DNA of 64,000 nucleotides from Hormiphora californensis (taxonomy: Eukaryota > Animalia > Ctenophora): contig CM035358.1 of NCBI GenBank assembly GCA_020137815.1, forward strand, positions 5,642,001 through 5,706,000, given 5' to 3'. Of this stretch, positions 1 through 44,700 are shown in pieces. Positions within the stretch are counted from its first letter, which is position 1; the number at the start of each line of letters is the position of its first letter. Position numbers and translations under genes: made by a program. A model generated the notes under the pieces. It made no database searches. It saw only the letters and a program-made list of their open reading frames with translations, and was not told where the DNA came from.

Positions 1-466
1 CGAAATTTTCGAGTTCGAGTTCGAGTTATCGTCCGTTCGAGTTTCTGTCCGGTACCCTCCTCGTGGGGCACCATGAAACATGTGTATAGACCTTAAAAAC
101 TGCTGTTGTTTTTAATTTGTAATGCGAAAGTGCATAAAAATTTGCCTGAAATAGGACCCCAGTTTGGTGGTCCGTGGTCTAAAACATCAATCGGATTTAA
201 ATACGTGTGTGTCTCTAAAAATAAAAGTAAAAGTAAAAGTAAAAGTAACAGTAAAAGTAAAACCCCTTTATTAAAACTGGGCCACTAGCTCTGTTAAATA
301 CCCACGTTGCTTTCATATCAAAGGAGTTATAAACTTGACAGTTTTACAAAAGTTGTGATTATAAACTTGATAGATTTACAAAATTATAGTAACTTTCGAC
401 TGTCGATCGACCCCGTGACATGATTTTTTCCCCTTTTCATATCCTAATTAAGAGCTTGTTTTACAG

Positions 467-2032
467 AGATCGGAAAGACAGGAAATCCCCTCTCTGATGC
501 GGAAACACACGTCAACCTCGTTAACGAGATAAACAAACAAGTCCAGTAAGTTCCTCCTGGTTCCAATCCAGAATCTGTTCAACCTCTACCCACCCCCACC
601 CCTCAACTCAATTTTCTTTTCCTCCTAACTTCAAAATATGTTAACAAATGAAATGCAATCTATAATAGGAGAGCTATTCAGTACAATATCAATATAATAA
701 TACTCAAATAATTCCCACAGAGACACAGTGACTCGAGCTAAATCTGCGGAAGAACGAATTGCTGAACTGGAGCAGGAGCTTTCAGAAGCAAAAGGTATTT
801 TTTGATCGCATTCAGGAACCGACCGAACCAAGTAAACAACCAATCAGAGTTCGTTATTTAGATCACGTGACTGGTTATCAGCCAATCAGGGACCAGTATT
901 TCCTGATTCGGTCGGTTCCTGATCACATTTCACACCTGAGCATGCTATGATATTCTCCGGCAGGGCCAATATGATATTATCATATTGGCCCTACTGGCTA
1001 CCAGAAAAAGTAATCTGCATGCGATCACACCACTATATAAATCGATTGTGCATGAGTGGCCATGCATTCATTCGGCCATTGATTCATTTGTTTTGTTCAC
1101 TGGGTCACGGTCAGATCGGATCGAGCAAGGCAAATATTCAAGCAATCTACTTTTCTGGTAAGAGCTAGAAATGACTCTCTTACCTGGCTGATATGAGCAA
1201 GATCAAGTGCAGGGTCACACAACAATAATTTGATATTAGTTGTAAGGGTAACCATGGGAACCATATACTATTAGGATATTAGAAAGGCTCCCATGCACTC
1301 CCACAGTTATCGATAAGATCAAGGTAACTAAAAAAAAGACTGAACATGGGCCAGCATGCGGCTTGTACGTGATCATCGGTTTACCAATTCATCAATCGGA
1401 CAAGCTCTGTATGAACGATTCAATTAATCTTAGGCTTCTCTGATCTCTATCTCTAAGTAGAATCTATCTCTCTCTCTATCTCTGTGTTTCTCAGCTTTAT
1501 AAAGCTATTAATTAAAGCTGTAATTAATAGCTTTATCTACTTTTCTTCAAAACTCCTCTCTTCCAGTAAAAATAATGGATCTGGAGAAAGACCTAGAGGA
1601 AGAAAAGTTACGTCCAACAGCAGTGGCATCGGGACCCACCGCCAAACCTGCCAGCCGCGCTGCCAAGAAACCTCCTAAACGACGTGAGTACTAATCATAC
1701 TGATTACGAACATCTGATACTGTATCGGGACTGTATCGGGACTGTATCTGGGGGGTCGGGGTCATTTGGGGGAACCCTAAAGTAGACCATCAATATCCTG
1801 ATTTTGGAGGATGGAAATTTTTATCTTCGACTTTCGAGCTTATTTATATGGGTTTATCTTTTATTGGGGGGGGGGGGGGGGCAAAAAAACCAAACCCGCC
1901 CTGAACCCCGCGATTGACCTGGATTTTTTTAAATAAATTTCATCTTCAACCCGATTTTCACAGATGAACCCCCATATAAATATCAAAAAACGATCAGCAA
2001 ATTCTAACAACTTCTTAATAATTTCAGATTAA
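467..2032 (+). CDS. 3' exons of a coiled-coil protein gene (partial, starts upstream of window)
   Basis: Phase-compatible AG/GT exons 467-545, 721-794, 1567-1683 and a probable terminal ATTAA at 2028-2032 join to IGKTGNPLSDAETHVNLVNEINKQVQDTVTRAKSAEERIAELEQELSEAKVKIMDLEKDLEEEKLRPTAVASGPTAKPASRAAKKPPKRH*; heptad-like E/K/L pattern. Terminal exon uncertain. Confidence 0.7.
813..921 (+). mobile_element. hAT-like MITE (family A, copy 1)
   Basis: 15-bp TIR CAGGAACCGACCGAA/TTCGGTCGGTTCCTG; 8-bp TSD with one mismatch (atcgcatt 805-812, atcacatt 922-929); further copies at 23036/31726-31813, 37343-37410 and 49305-49405. Confidence 0.85.
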
Positions 2033-2746
2033 CATAACGAGACGCTTGTAATATATGTTAGTATATTGCACTGGGCCCAACCTTTGGATACTGCACCCTT
2101 GTGATTGGTGTGTTACTTTATCATCAGCGGGAGCGAGAAAGAGAGCGAATCAGAGAGAGAGAGCGAATGAGAGACACTATTTCTGTTACAGAGAGAGAAA
2201 CCTATTGCACTAGGAGGCCTAATGATATTAGGTCATATATTGGAGAGTGGTTATATGCGGCAATATGCCAATTGCTGTGAAGAAACATATATCTGAGTAG
2301 TTCCAATTGTGTGGCGTTCACTCGACGTCTTTGTGAGGGATCTGTAGAATGGGAGATCAAGGTTCTAATTGTTGGTTGAGTCCTGTGAGTCGAAGACATT
2401 ATATTGCGCACCCCCCCCCCCTGATCAGTGATCTGTATAGGTTGAGTTTATAAAAAGAAAAAAGGGTAAAAAGAGTGTAAATAGAGCGAAATATGTACAG
2501 ATCGTTCATTGTAAATAATAGTTTTATATTTTCCACACAAACTAACATGAACAATCTATATTTGAAGATGTGGAAGGTATTTGGGTTCGGGGTCCCCCTC
2601 CCTTTCTTATACCGAGTATTTATTCTCGCTCACTCTCAATTTCATCAATCAATTTCATCACTAGCTGGTACGGGTAACACTGACAGTTGTCATGCTACGC
2701 AGTCTGAGTGTCCATTCGGCTCGCCGCGTAATTGCTCAAGATTGAC

Positions 2747-2838
2747 AGGTTCCTGCACTCTGCAGGTATCCTGTCACCCTGCACTCTGCAGGTACCTGTC
2801 ACCCTGCAGGTCCCTGCACTCTGCAGGTATCCTGTCAC
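2747..2838. repeat. short tandem repeat (~26 bp, CCCTGCACTCTGCAGGTATCCTGTCA)
   Basis: About 3.5 imperfect copies visible. Confidence 0.7.
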
Positions 2839-5800
2839 CCGGTAAAAGGTTGGGTACCCCAAACCTTGAATCAATACCACACTTTAAGAACTTCCATCAT
2901 TTCCCATTATTAATCCTTCCCCTCAGCAGATTGCCATTCCAATTGAGTCTTCACAGCTGGAATTCTAAAATAAAGAAATGCATGTAAGCTATCCTGTAAC
3001 TGCATGAGGGAGGGGTAACTTACCAAATGAGACGTATGTCAATGATGAATCTAGTTTCCTTCTCTCACCCCATTCTTCATTTACTGACTGACTAATTAGT
3101 TCATTAAACATTCCTGTTTTTCAGTGATCCTGATACCGTTTTTACTGGAACTGAAGATGCAGCTTGTTTTGCGCGGGGACGGAGGGTCGAACAAGGCAAG
3201 ATGCAGCTTGGAGTAATGGTAAGCTTGGTTGGTAGTCTTTAACCCCCCCCCCCCCCCTGTCACGCCGTGAGAGATGACTGGTGATTGTCAGTATTCTGAG
3301 ATGATTGTTCATCTCTCTCTTTCTGTCTCTTCTCCCTCTTCTACGGTATAGCTAGACAGATGGCGCATCTTCACAGACAGACATGGAGAGGCTCTGTGTC
3401 TCCGTTCCGATCGAAGAGAGAGAAGAAAAGAGATGAGGGGTAGCATTGGATCAGTCGGACGAGAGCTCTCCTAAGGGAGAGCTTCTCTATAGCGGCGACG
3501 TAAGTCATCTACGCTAGCGCGCACGTGTATTATGCTCATGCACAAGAGATTTTATGGGGGTCGCACTCTCTTCCCAAACAGCTAGCTCTCAACAAGCAGG
3601 TGGGTAGGTAGAGCCCTGTGTGTCGGAACGTGTGGACCTTACGAGAGAGAGAGAGAGAGAGAGAAGAGGAGAGAGAGAAGAGAGAAGATAGGAGGCAGAG
3701 GAGAAAGAGAGAGAGATATCTGTTCTAATCCTTTTCGACGAGTAGAGCTCTTGTGCTAGTAGTCTGAGTCAGAACCCTGACAGAAATGTCAGGAGAGAGA
3801 GAACGTGGACATGGAAGATAGGTTTAATGATTCGTCGAGATGCTCTAGATCCTTCTTTCTTCCTCTGCTGTATGTCGGTCTAGCTAGATCTCTTGATTAG
3901 GTACTCTCTTCTCGCTAAAATCTCCTTCATTTCTTCTCTCTTCACCTTCTATCCCTCCTTACCCAGCTTCTCCCTATCTCTCCTCTCATCCTCTGCTCTC
4001 TCCCCCGACGTATTCATGAGCCTCCTTCTTTATACACGAGTCGCGAGCACCCTTTTCACTCTCGTTCCTTATCTATCTCTCCTACTCATATATCGGACTA
4101 AGTCTTATCTCTCTTTTCCCTCTCTTCTCCTCGTCTTCTCCTTCTCTCTCTCTCTCTCTAGCTCTTCTCTTCTCTGTCATCTCTCTCGTCTCTCTCTCTG
4201 TCCTCTTCATCTTGTCTCTCTCTTTCTTCTTTCTCCTCTCTCTCTCCTCAGGGGGGTCCATTTTTCCCACAAATAAAAAGGGGGCAACAAAAAAAGCATT
4301 TTTGGGGTTCCATGTGACCCTCCTTTGTGGGGGGGTTTGTCGGGGGACAGGGGGTTGGGGGTTTCCCTGGAACCCCTTTTTTTTTTAACCAGAAAAGAGG
4401 GGAGAAAAAAAAGGGAGGGAAGGAAAAGGGGAGAGAAACGAGGAGAAAAGGGGAGAGAGAGAAGGGGAGGGGAAGGGGTGAAAAAAAAATTTAAGAATAA
4501 GATGGGACAAAAAGGTTTGGCCCAAATTGCGGGGGTTTTTGAGGGAAGGGAAGAAAAAAGGGGGAAAAGAAGAGGGAGGAAAAAAATTGTTTTTTGGAAA
4601 AAGAGAGGAGAAAAGCGCCGCAGGGGAGGTGGGAGAGGGGCTAGAGGGACAAAGTAAAGTTTTGGGGGTAGTTTTTCTTCCCCAAACAAAAAGACCCAAA
4701 AATAAAAAAATTCTTTAATTAAAACATCTTTTAAATTTTTATTTTAAACCCATCCTCTCAAAAAAGGACCCTTTTTATCGAAAATCCAATCTCTCCCTCC
4801 CTTCTCTTTCCCCTTCTCCCCTTCTTTTTCCTAATCTATATTTCGAGGAAAGTTTTTCAATCAAAACCCTCTCTTTTCCTTCATCTATCTCTTTCTATCT
4901 TCTTTCCTCTGTATCCTCTTCTTTTTTCTCAAAATTCCCTCTCTCCTCTCTCTCTTTTTAATTTTCTTCTTTTCTCTTACCCTTTTCTACCTTTCCCTCT
5001 ATCCCCTATCTCTCCTATTTTCCCCCTTGCAGTGTAGTGCTAGGGGATAGGAGCAAAAGAACCCAACCCATCGCGGGCTAACTTTCCCCTTTTTAAAAAA
5101 ATTTGCTTTCCAGAATTACAGCTAAACCCCCTTTTTACCGATGGTTTTTAAAATTTTTCAAAATTCGAATTTAAAAAAAAAATGACATAATTTTATTTTT
5201 GAAACTGGCCCCAGATCCCCCCCCCCCCCCCCCTTTAACTACTAAAGCGTGCCGGGCTTCCCAGGGAAACCCCACGGGGCCTTCGCAAAGGGGATAACGC
5301 CGGAAGGGGAAGGAAGGCCCCTTCTTCCCCCCCCTTCCCCAGGAAAATTTCCCAATCCCAAGGTTCATAATAGGGGGACGTTGGATTTGGGGGCTCTTCT
5401 CGGGGTTTTTTATTTTTTCCCGTGTGGAATTTTCCCCGGGGGCCCCCCCTTTGATGCCCCCCCCCCCCCCCATTGATGGCCCATATGAACGGGGCCAACG
5501 AGGTGGTTTATTTGGACTAGGGCCCTTTTCAAATTTTACCTTTACCCAACAATTTTTGTTTTTTTGGTTGTTAGTTTTCCCCCATGCTGACAGCGACGCC
5601 CCCCGATGCGTTTGTCCCGTGGGGGCCCAAAAAATAGGATCTTTCGCCCCCAAGAAAATTTGGATTTAATTTGATTTAAAGGCGGCTTCATTGCCCCGGC
5701 AGTCAGTTCGGTCCCCCAACACACACAAATTTTCCAACCCTTTGATATCGAAATAATTAGATACCCCCAGTTTTCCCCCCTAAAGCGGGTTTAAATATGG

Positions 5801-8800
5801 GGGTTTTCTTGGGTCCCCCCGGTTCTAGAGCCCCTTTTAGGTTAAAAAAACCCGCATTTGGTGAGTTTTTAGCTCCTCGGGCCTGTGGCCAGTCCACCCA
5901 GTTTAAGTCTACGGGGTTCCCCCAAAGTTCAGAATCGGGGGACTTCGGGAAAGACTTCCTATTAGGCCCCTTTATCCCACCAGTTGATCCCAAGCCCCCT
6001 TGAGAACCCTACAAAAACCGCCATCCAATTTTTTTTCCCATAGTAGATGAAAGGGGGCCCCCTTTTCCGCGCCGTTTTAAAAAAGAAGGGGTTTTCTCAG
6101 AGAAGGGAACGGGTTTGACCTTAATGCTCCTTCTCAGGTCATTTTTCCCAAATTTTCCCCTTTGAGTCTAGGACAGGCGCCCAGGGCCTTTGCCTTCCTA
6201 ATGTTAAAATCCTTCTCCCTTTGATTTAAAGGTGGGCACCAAGGTAAACGGAAAAAGGGCCCCTTGTTCTAGATTTTTTTTCCCGTTTGACAACCAGGGG
6301 AAAGGGTTCCCCTAACAGTAGCAAAAAAACTTAGTTTCCCTTCATTAGGTGAAGACCAAAATGCAGCCGCTTTCCCTTTCCAGACTTTTAAAAATTTTGT
6401 GCCGGGTTTGTTGGGTCCCCAAAGGAGTGAAAGGTATCAGGGTAATCGGGGTTTTGTGAAATTTTACTTCAGGATAAAGCCCCATCTTTTCCCCTTCCGG
6501 GGGGTAAATCCAAAAGTTTCCCCACAGCCCAAACCTCCTTTATGGACATAGTCAATGCTATAAAAACCCAAATTTGGGCCAGGGGTCCCCCTGTAAAAAA
6601 AGCCAGCCCGAATTTTAAAATTTGGGCCCCCGTGAGTCCGGGCCTCCGTTTTTAAAAAGGGGGCCCCTGGTTTTCTCATACGAAAAATTTAAAGCCGAAA
6701 ATTTAATTTTTAAAGGGAAAACCGAAGCTCCGAACCCCATAAGAAAAACCCCCGTGGAAAGGGAATTTAAAAAAGCACGCCGAAAGTCTATAAAAAAGGT
6801 AACAGAAGTTTAAATTTCCTTTTGTTTTCCCCTTCCAAAAAAACCGCCGGGGGGGCCAGAAGTATTGGGAGTAGAAATCCATGGTCGGGGTCCATTTTGG
6901 TTTCCTCCAAAAAGGGTCAATATGGGGGGAGTAGGCGGTTGAGGATATCTTATTTAGGTTTTTGAGAACCCGGGGGTCCGAAAAGATTTTTTAGGTTTTA
7001 GTTTAGTGATTGGGAAGGGGTTTTTGTTTGGGAAAACTTGGGGAAAGGGGGGTTTAAAAGGGTTAGGGGGAAATTTTAAATTTAAAAATGGGGGGGGGGG
7101 GGGGTTTAAAAAAAAAAAATGGGACGCGTACCTCCCCCTTTTAACCCTCAAGGGTTCCTGGGGCCTTTTTCCGGGGCCTTTTCCCCCCCTTTTAAAAAGG
7201 AACTTAAAAACTCTTATTTAAAAAAACCCTTTATGAACGTTGAGGAAACTCCCCAATACAATTAATAAAGGTCCTCCCTTTAGGAAAAAATAGGGGTTTT
7301 TAAACCATATCCCAGGAAAAGGTTCCCCCCCAAACCCCCAGCCTCCCCTCGAATAAATTCTAAAAGGGCCCCCATTTCCTTTAAAAAAGGGCCCATTAAA
7401 ACCCAGGGGTCCCCGGAACCCAAAAATTTTTCCCTACAGTTGCATTTCACCCCACAATTTTTGGGGAAAAATTCTTAAAGGGTGGGCCCCCTTGGTTTTC
7501 CTTTTAAGAGTTTCTACCCGCAACCTGGGGGTTAATTTTTTCAGTGGGAAGGGGGCCCCGCTTTTCCCTTAAAACTCCTTCCCCAACCCCCTTTTTTTTT
7601 CTCCTTTTTTGCCCCCCCCACCAATCGTCCCAATTTTGGTATTTGGGTTTAACATTAACCCCTTTAAAACTGGCCCACCGTGGCGTATCCCCCTTTTTGG
7701 TTCCCAAAAAACCCCCCCACAAAGGCCCCCCCTTAAGGGAACCCTAACTCCTAAAAAAATTTTCCTTTCCCCCCCCCAAGTCCGGGGGTTCCCAAAAATC
7801 GGCCCCCGAACAAGGGGTTCAAGGAACTTTCCCCCGGGTTGGACCAGCCCCAAAACTTTAGGCAAAACCCAAACCGGGTCATTTACCCAAATTTACCCCG
7901 TTTACACCCCTTACGGCCGAAAGATTTTTAAATTTGTCCGGAAAAAAAAAAAAACCTTTTAAAAAACCCAGCCCGGGGAAAATGAAATTTTCCACTTTTT
8001 AAACCCCCCTTTTAAAGCCCCCAGATTCTTTAGACAAGAATCCCCCCGGACGGGCCCCCCCCCTTTTCCCCAGCCGAAAGTTGAAGGAAAATCCCCCCAA
8101 ATTGGGAATTTCCCCGACGGGTTTGGGGGCCCCCGGTTTTAAAGGGCCCCTTAAAACAAAAAAACCCCGAAAAACCCTTTTTCCTTGTTTTAATGGGGGA
8201 AAAACCCTTCAATTTGGTTTTGCCTTCCCCCGGGGAGGGCTCAAAAAAGGGAAAACCCTCTGCCTTTTGCGGGTCACTCCCCTTCCCCTTATTTGGGCCC
8301 CCTTAAACCCAAAAAAATTTTACCAAGGGGCCCCGGGGGCCAGGGTTTTGGGAAAAGGTTTTAAATTAAACACAAATAGTATTTGGGAAATGGTTTCCCC
8401 TTTACCCCTTTTCCAACCCCCCGCCGAATTTTGCAAACTTTGGTTAAACAACCAAAAATCCTTAACCCAAACCCCCCCCCAAAATTTCCCCCTGGATCCC
8501 CCAGGGGGAAAACCTCCGGGGGGAGGGGGGGAAACAAAACGGGAGTGAACTTCCCTTTTACCCAGATCTTTTTCCCCCCAAACCCCCAAAAGGGGGACCA
8601 ACCCCCGGTTGGGCCCCTTTCCTTTTCCAAAAACCCCAAAAGGGGGGATACAAAGGCCGCTCCTCACCCAAAATGCTTCCCGCCAAACCTACGAAGCCCC
8701 CGGGAAAGGTTTCCTTTACATTAGGGTGCCAAAACCGTCTCCCCTATTACAACCCCAAAAAACCCGGGTTTTTTTTGGGGAGTTTTTTAAAGGGGGTTTT

Positions 8801-9519
8801 TTGGGTTTCCGGTCGGACCCCGGCCATTGTAGCAGGCCCCCCCCCCGAAGGGTTTTAAACTTACCCCCTTCAAGGGGGCCATTGGCCTCGCAAGAATATC
8901 AAAGGGGGTTTTTAAACCCCGGGTTGGTTTGGTTGGGCTTAATTTAATCTTTTGATGGCTAAAAGGGTACAGAGAGGGGCCCCCTCTCAGGTTTGGAATT
9001 TTAACACCCCCATAACCGATGGAATTTCCGCGGCCCCTGGTCCATCAACCCGGGAAAAACCCCAGGGAAATATCCAAAACCCCCAAAGATAAATCGGCCT
9101 TCTCGCCCGAAAAACCCCCCCCTGATAACGTCCGAAAAGGGAAAAGGGGTAAGCAGGGCCCATTCCCGGGCGGGGGTTTTAAAAACCCCGGGGGAAAAGG
9201 AGTTTTTTAACCTTTTTTGGTTTAAATACCGTTGGGTTCCCTTTCGCTTATCTGTTTAGTTGGGATAACCCCAGGACCCCGAATAGCGATTAACAAATGG
9301 GGACCTTTTTAAAGGGGTGGATTTTTCATCACGCACCCCCGGTTCTTTGGGTTTCGAGGGGGTTGGGAGGGTTTACACGGGATACCCTGGGGGTGAAAAA
9401 ACCTTTGCCCCCGTTGTACAAAATGGGTCCGGGGCTCAGGAAGGGCCCCTTTCCAGTGGGGCAGAAAAAGACCCCCACCGCCAAACCAAAAAAGAACCCC
9501 CCTTCCACAAAAAGGTTTG

Positions 9520-41479
<31,960 letters not shown>

Positions 41480-41756
41480 ATGCACGTGCAGATATCACGC
41501 GTGAGCAATGACGCGTGATCTCAGCTGTGGAAGCATTACACGTGATTTCCGATAACACAACAGCACGTGCAAATGTTTTCTTTAAGATCGACCGGGGTTT
41601 ACAGAGAACACTTGTTAAATACATCAATCGTTTGTAGCGAAAATATTTCGAAATTGAAACTCAACAACAATAAATCAACGTTTTTAACAATTCTCTCTAA
41701 ATATATAACATGTCACCCAAAATATATACATCATGTTCCCCACCTGCAGTTAGGGT

Positions 41757-44700
41757 CTAATGACGCCTTCCACCCCTCTTAGATCCACCCTGCATGTTTC
41801 CTGACTGCATGTGCATGTTACCACCTCCCATCTGCATCTGGGTCTGACCTCCGTGCATCATACCTCCCTGGCCTCCCATCTGCATTTGGACCTGGCCACC
41901 GTGACCCCCTCCTTGGACCATTTGGACCTGTCCAGAGCCTCCGTGGTGTCCTCCTTGGACCATATGGACCTGACCGCCTCCATGTCCTCCCATTTGGACC
42001 TGGCCACCCATCTGGACCTGTCCTCCCATCTGGACCTGTCCGGTCATCATGTGCTGCTCTCCTCCTCCCATCATTACCTCCTGACCATGGTGTCCAGATC
42101 CCCCACTGGACCTACCTCCACCGGTCTGGTGGACTGTTCGGCCACCAGCCCGAGTCATTGTGGTTGTAGTCTCGACCACTTCCTCGTATCGCTCCCCAGA
42201 CTGTCGGCTTCCTCCCTGAGGGATGGGAGAGCTGTCATTATATATGTGGGTGGATCCTCTTTATTTGATTTGAATATAATTGATCGATGAGATGATAGAA
42301 AACGATTAAAATGACATAATGCTTTGTGGTTTTCTTTTGAGCAAGATATGCTGAGATGTCACAGAGAATGACACAATTGTGTCATTCTCTGTGATATCTC
42401 AGCATATCTTGCTCAAAATGAAAACCAACTTTTGACCACTTAGCTCGTCTAGCCGTCCTTGATATGAAGACTCAAGAGTGACGTTTAATTAAAATTTTAT
42501 TAGAAGCTGTACTTTTAGCCCCTGTCTTGAGCATTCCTTCCCTCAATTGATTGGCTGCAAGCCAAGAAATTTGAAAATTTAAGTATACCTTTTGCCTGTC
42601 TGAAAAACTAATACCGAAAAAACTGGTTCTTTACATTCGTGTTGTTGTTTTTACTGGTGGAAGGGGTTGGACTTCCACACCTGCCACAGGAAGACTGCCT
42701 CTGACGCGGCGACGGACCGGCGTTGTCATAGACGGGGGTCTAGGCGTAGTTTTGGGATGTGAGGGAAAAAATCAAAAAGAAAATTTCTGAGTTTCCAGTT
42801 TAATGTAGGCATCACTAACATTCACCATTTGGATCAGGAGTTTTCCGCCACAAAATATTTCGGCAAGATTCTGACAGGTTCAAAAACCTGGTCCATGGTC
42901 CATGATATTTCGAAACTTTAAAATTTGAAATCACCCCAAGCCAAAAAAAACTTCAAGAATTCGTGGAAAAATGGGCTCAAAGAAAAAAAAATGGCTGACA
43001 AGCAAAAGATATCTCAAGTTCTTTCTCTCTGATAGGATTCTGTTATATGACTGGATGACAAAGCTCTGCTAGAATATTCGTCTCTGTTTTATGACAGCAG
43101 CAGCAATGGTGCTCTGTGAGGGTTTCTATCTGGACCACTGTCGGCCTCTCTGCTCGGAGGGTACCTGGTGGAATCGGACACGTAGCTGGGCTGGTTGCTC
43201 CTGCTGTCCATAGGCGTTCGTGGTCACCTGCTGCTGGCCATAGCTTCCATTTGGCTGGTGCTGCTGGCCATAGCTTGAATTCATCTGGGGCTGTTGGCCA
43301 TATCCAACTTGGCGTTGGTTACCAGACGGGTTGTTATACCCGGTGGAAGTGGACTGCTGGCTCGGGTTTATCAGACCCGTTGCATACCCGCCTTTGGGGC
43401 TCGGGTTTATCAAACCTGTGGCGTACCCTCCTTTGGGGCTCTGTTTGTACCCACTTTGACCCCTGTTGTCCCCACCAGAGGGGTAACGGCCCTGTTAATG
43501 AAAAAAGGGCCCCTTGTAGGGCATGAAAAAAATGAAAAAAATCGGCGGCAAAAATTCCGATTGTATTTGTCGAATTTCAAAGTCGAAAAAGAATTCCAAA
43601 AACCTTTTAAGAATTCAAAAACCTTTTAACGGATTTTTAGGAAGATTTTTATCTTCTACCATTTAGGGTATGACGGTTGAATGATCACACTTACCTGTTG
43701 GACATGGATCTCTTGCTCATAACCACCACCGGATCTTCCGCCGGACCTTCCGCCGGATCTATCACTCTGAGGGAAAGGGCAAGGTTTAACAGTAGAAAAC
43801 TCTTGATAAGCAAGAGGCTGAACAGTGCACACGCTCTATTAAATGTTGTAGAGCAGGCACTGTAAATTGTATCCCGGTACGAGATGTCTCCACCCGGAAA
43901 AAAAGTTTTATGAAGGAGCGTTATATTTCATGGGTTGGCCAGCTTTTTATAAGCTCACGTGTGTTTTAAGGGTGGAGACTTTAGAGAAAGTCCCGGACCC
44001 TGTGAGGGTTACCGAGCTCGACATGCTCACCCTTCCGCTGCTCCTTCCCCCGCTCCTCTGGTTGGAACTGCTGGAGCTGGAGCTGCTGCTGGAGGATGAG
44101 GATGAGGTGGAGGAACTACCACCGTCACTATCAGATCCCTCCTGGCCGGAGTGGTAACGACGTCCCCCTCGCCTGGCCCTCAGACGGAGGATGCAGTACT
44201 TGTTGCACTTGTGGGGTAGGTCCACCACCTGTCGGTCGCCCATCTGGCTCATGGCGGCAAAGTCGTTCAGGCCATAGGGAATGCCTGGTCCGTAGCACTG
44301 ACCATCGGGTCCGTAGTAGAGTCCGTCAGGTCCGAAGTAGCCGCCGGGAGGGGCACCGTGAGGAATTTTGTAGGGTGCCCTCTTGCCTGGAAAATAAAAC
44401 ATTTGTAACTGCTGCAGGGAATATATGATTATCTTCCTATAAAGCGTCTTACTCAACAAGTGGGGGTCCTTCATACAGAATAAAATGTTGGCTCACCCTT
44501 TCCATAAGAACGTCCATCAGGTCCAATGTAGGTGCCATCAGGCTCAAAGTAGCCTCCATGGGGAGCCCCATCAGGGATGGTCCAATTCTTCTCCATGGGA
44601 CCACCGGCTATGCAGCCTCCGTAGCAAGGGGCATCCTCGTCAGGAACATCAGTGATACGCATTCTTCTTCCGTCCATGAGGTTACAATCAGAGAGGGGAA

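Noticed and set aside
2950-3240. Possible two-exon 3' end of a - strand gene (…ELISQSVNEEWGERRKLDSSLTYVSFEFQL*)
   Set aside because: Good splice sites, but an in-frame stop upstream, no recognisable homology, and it borders corrupted sequence.
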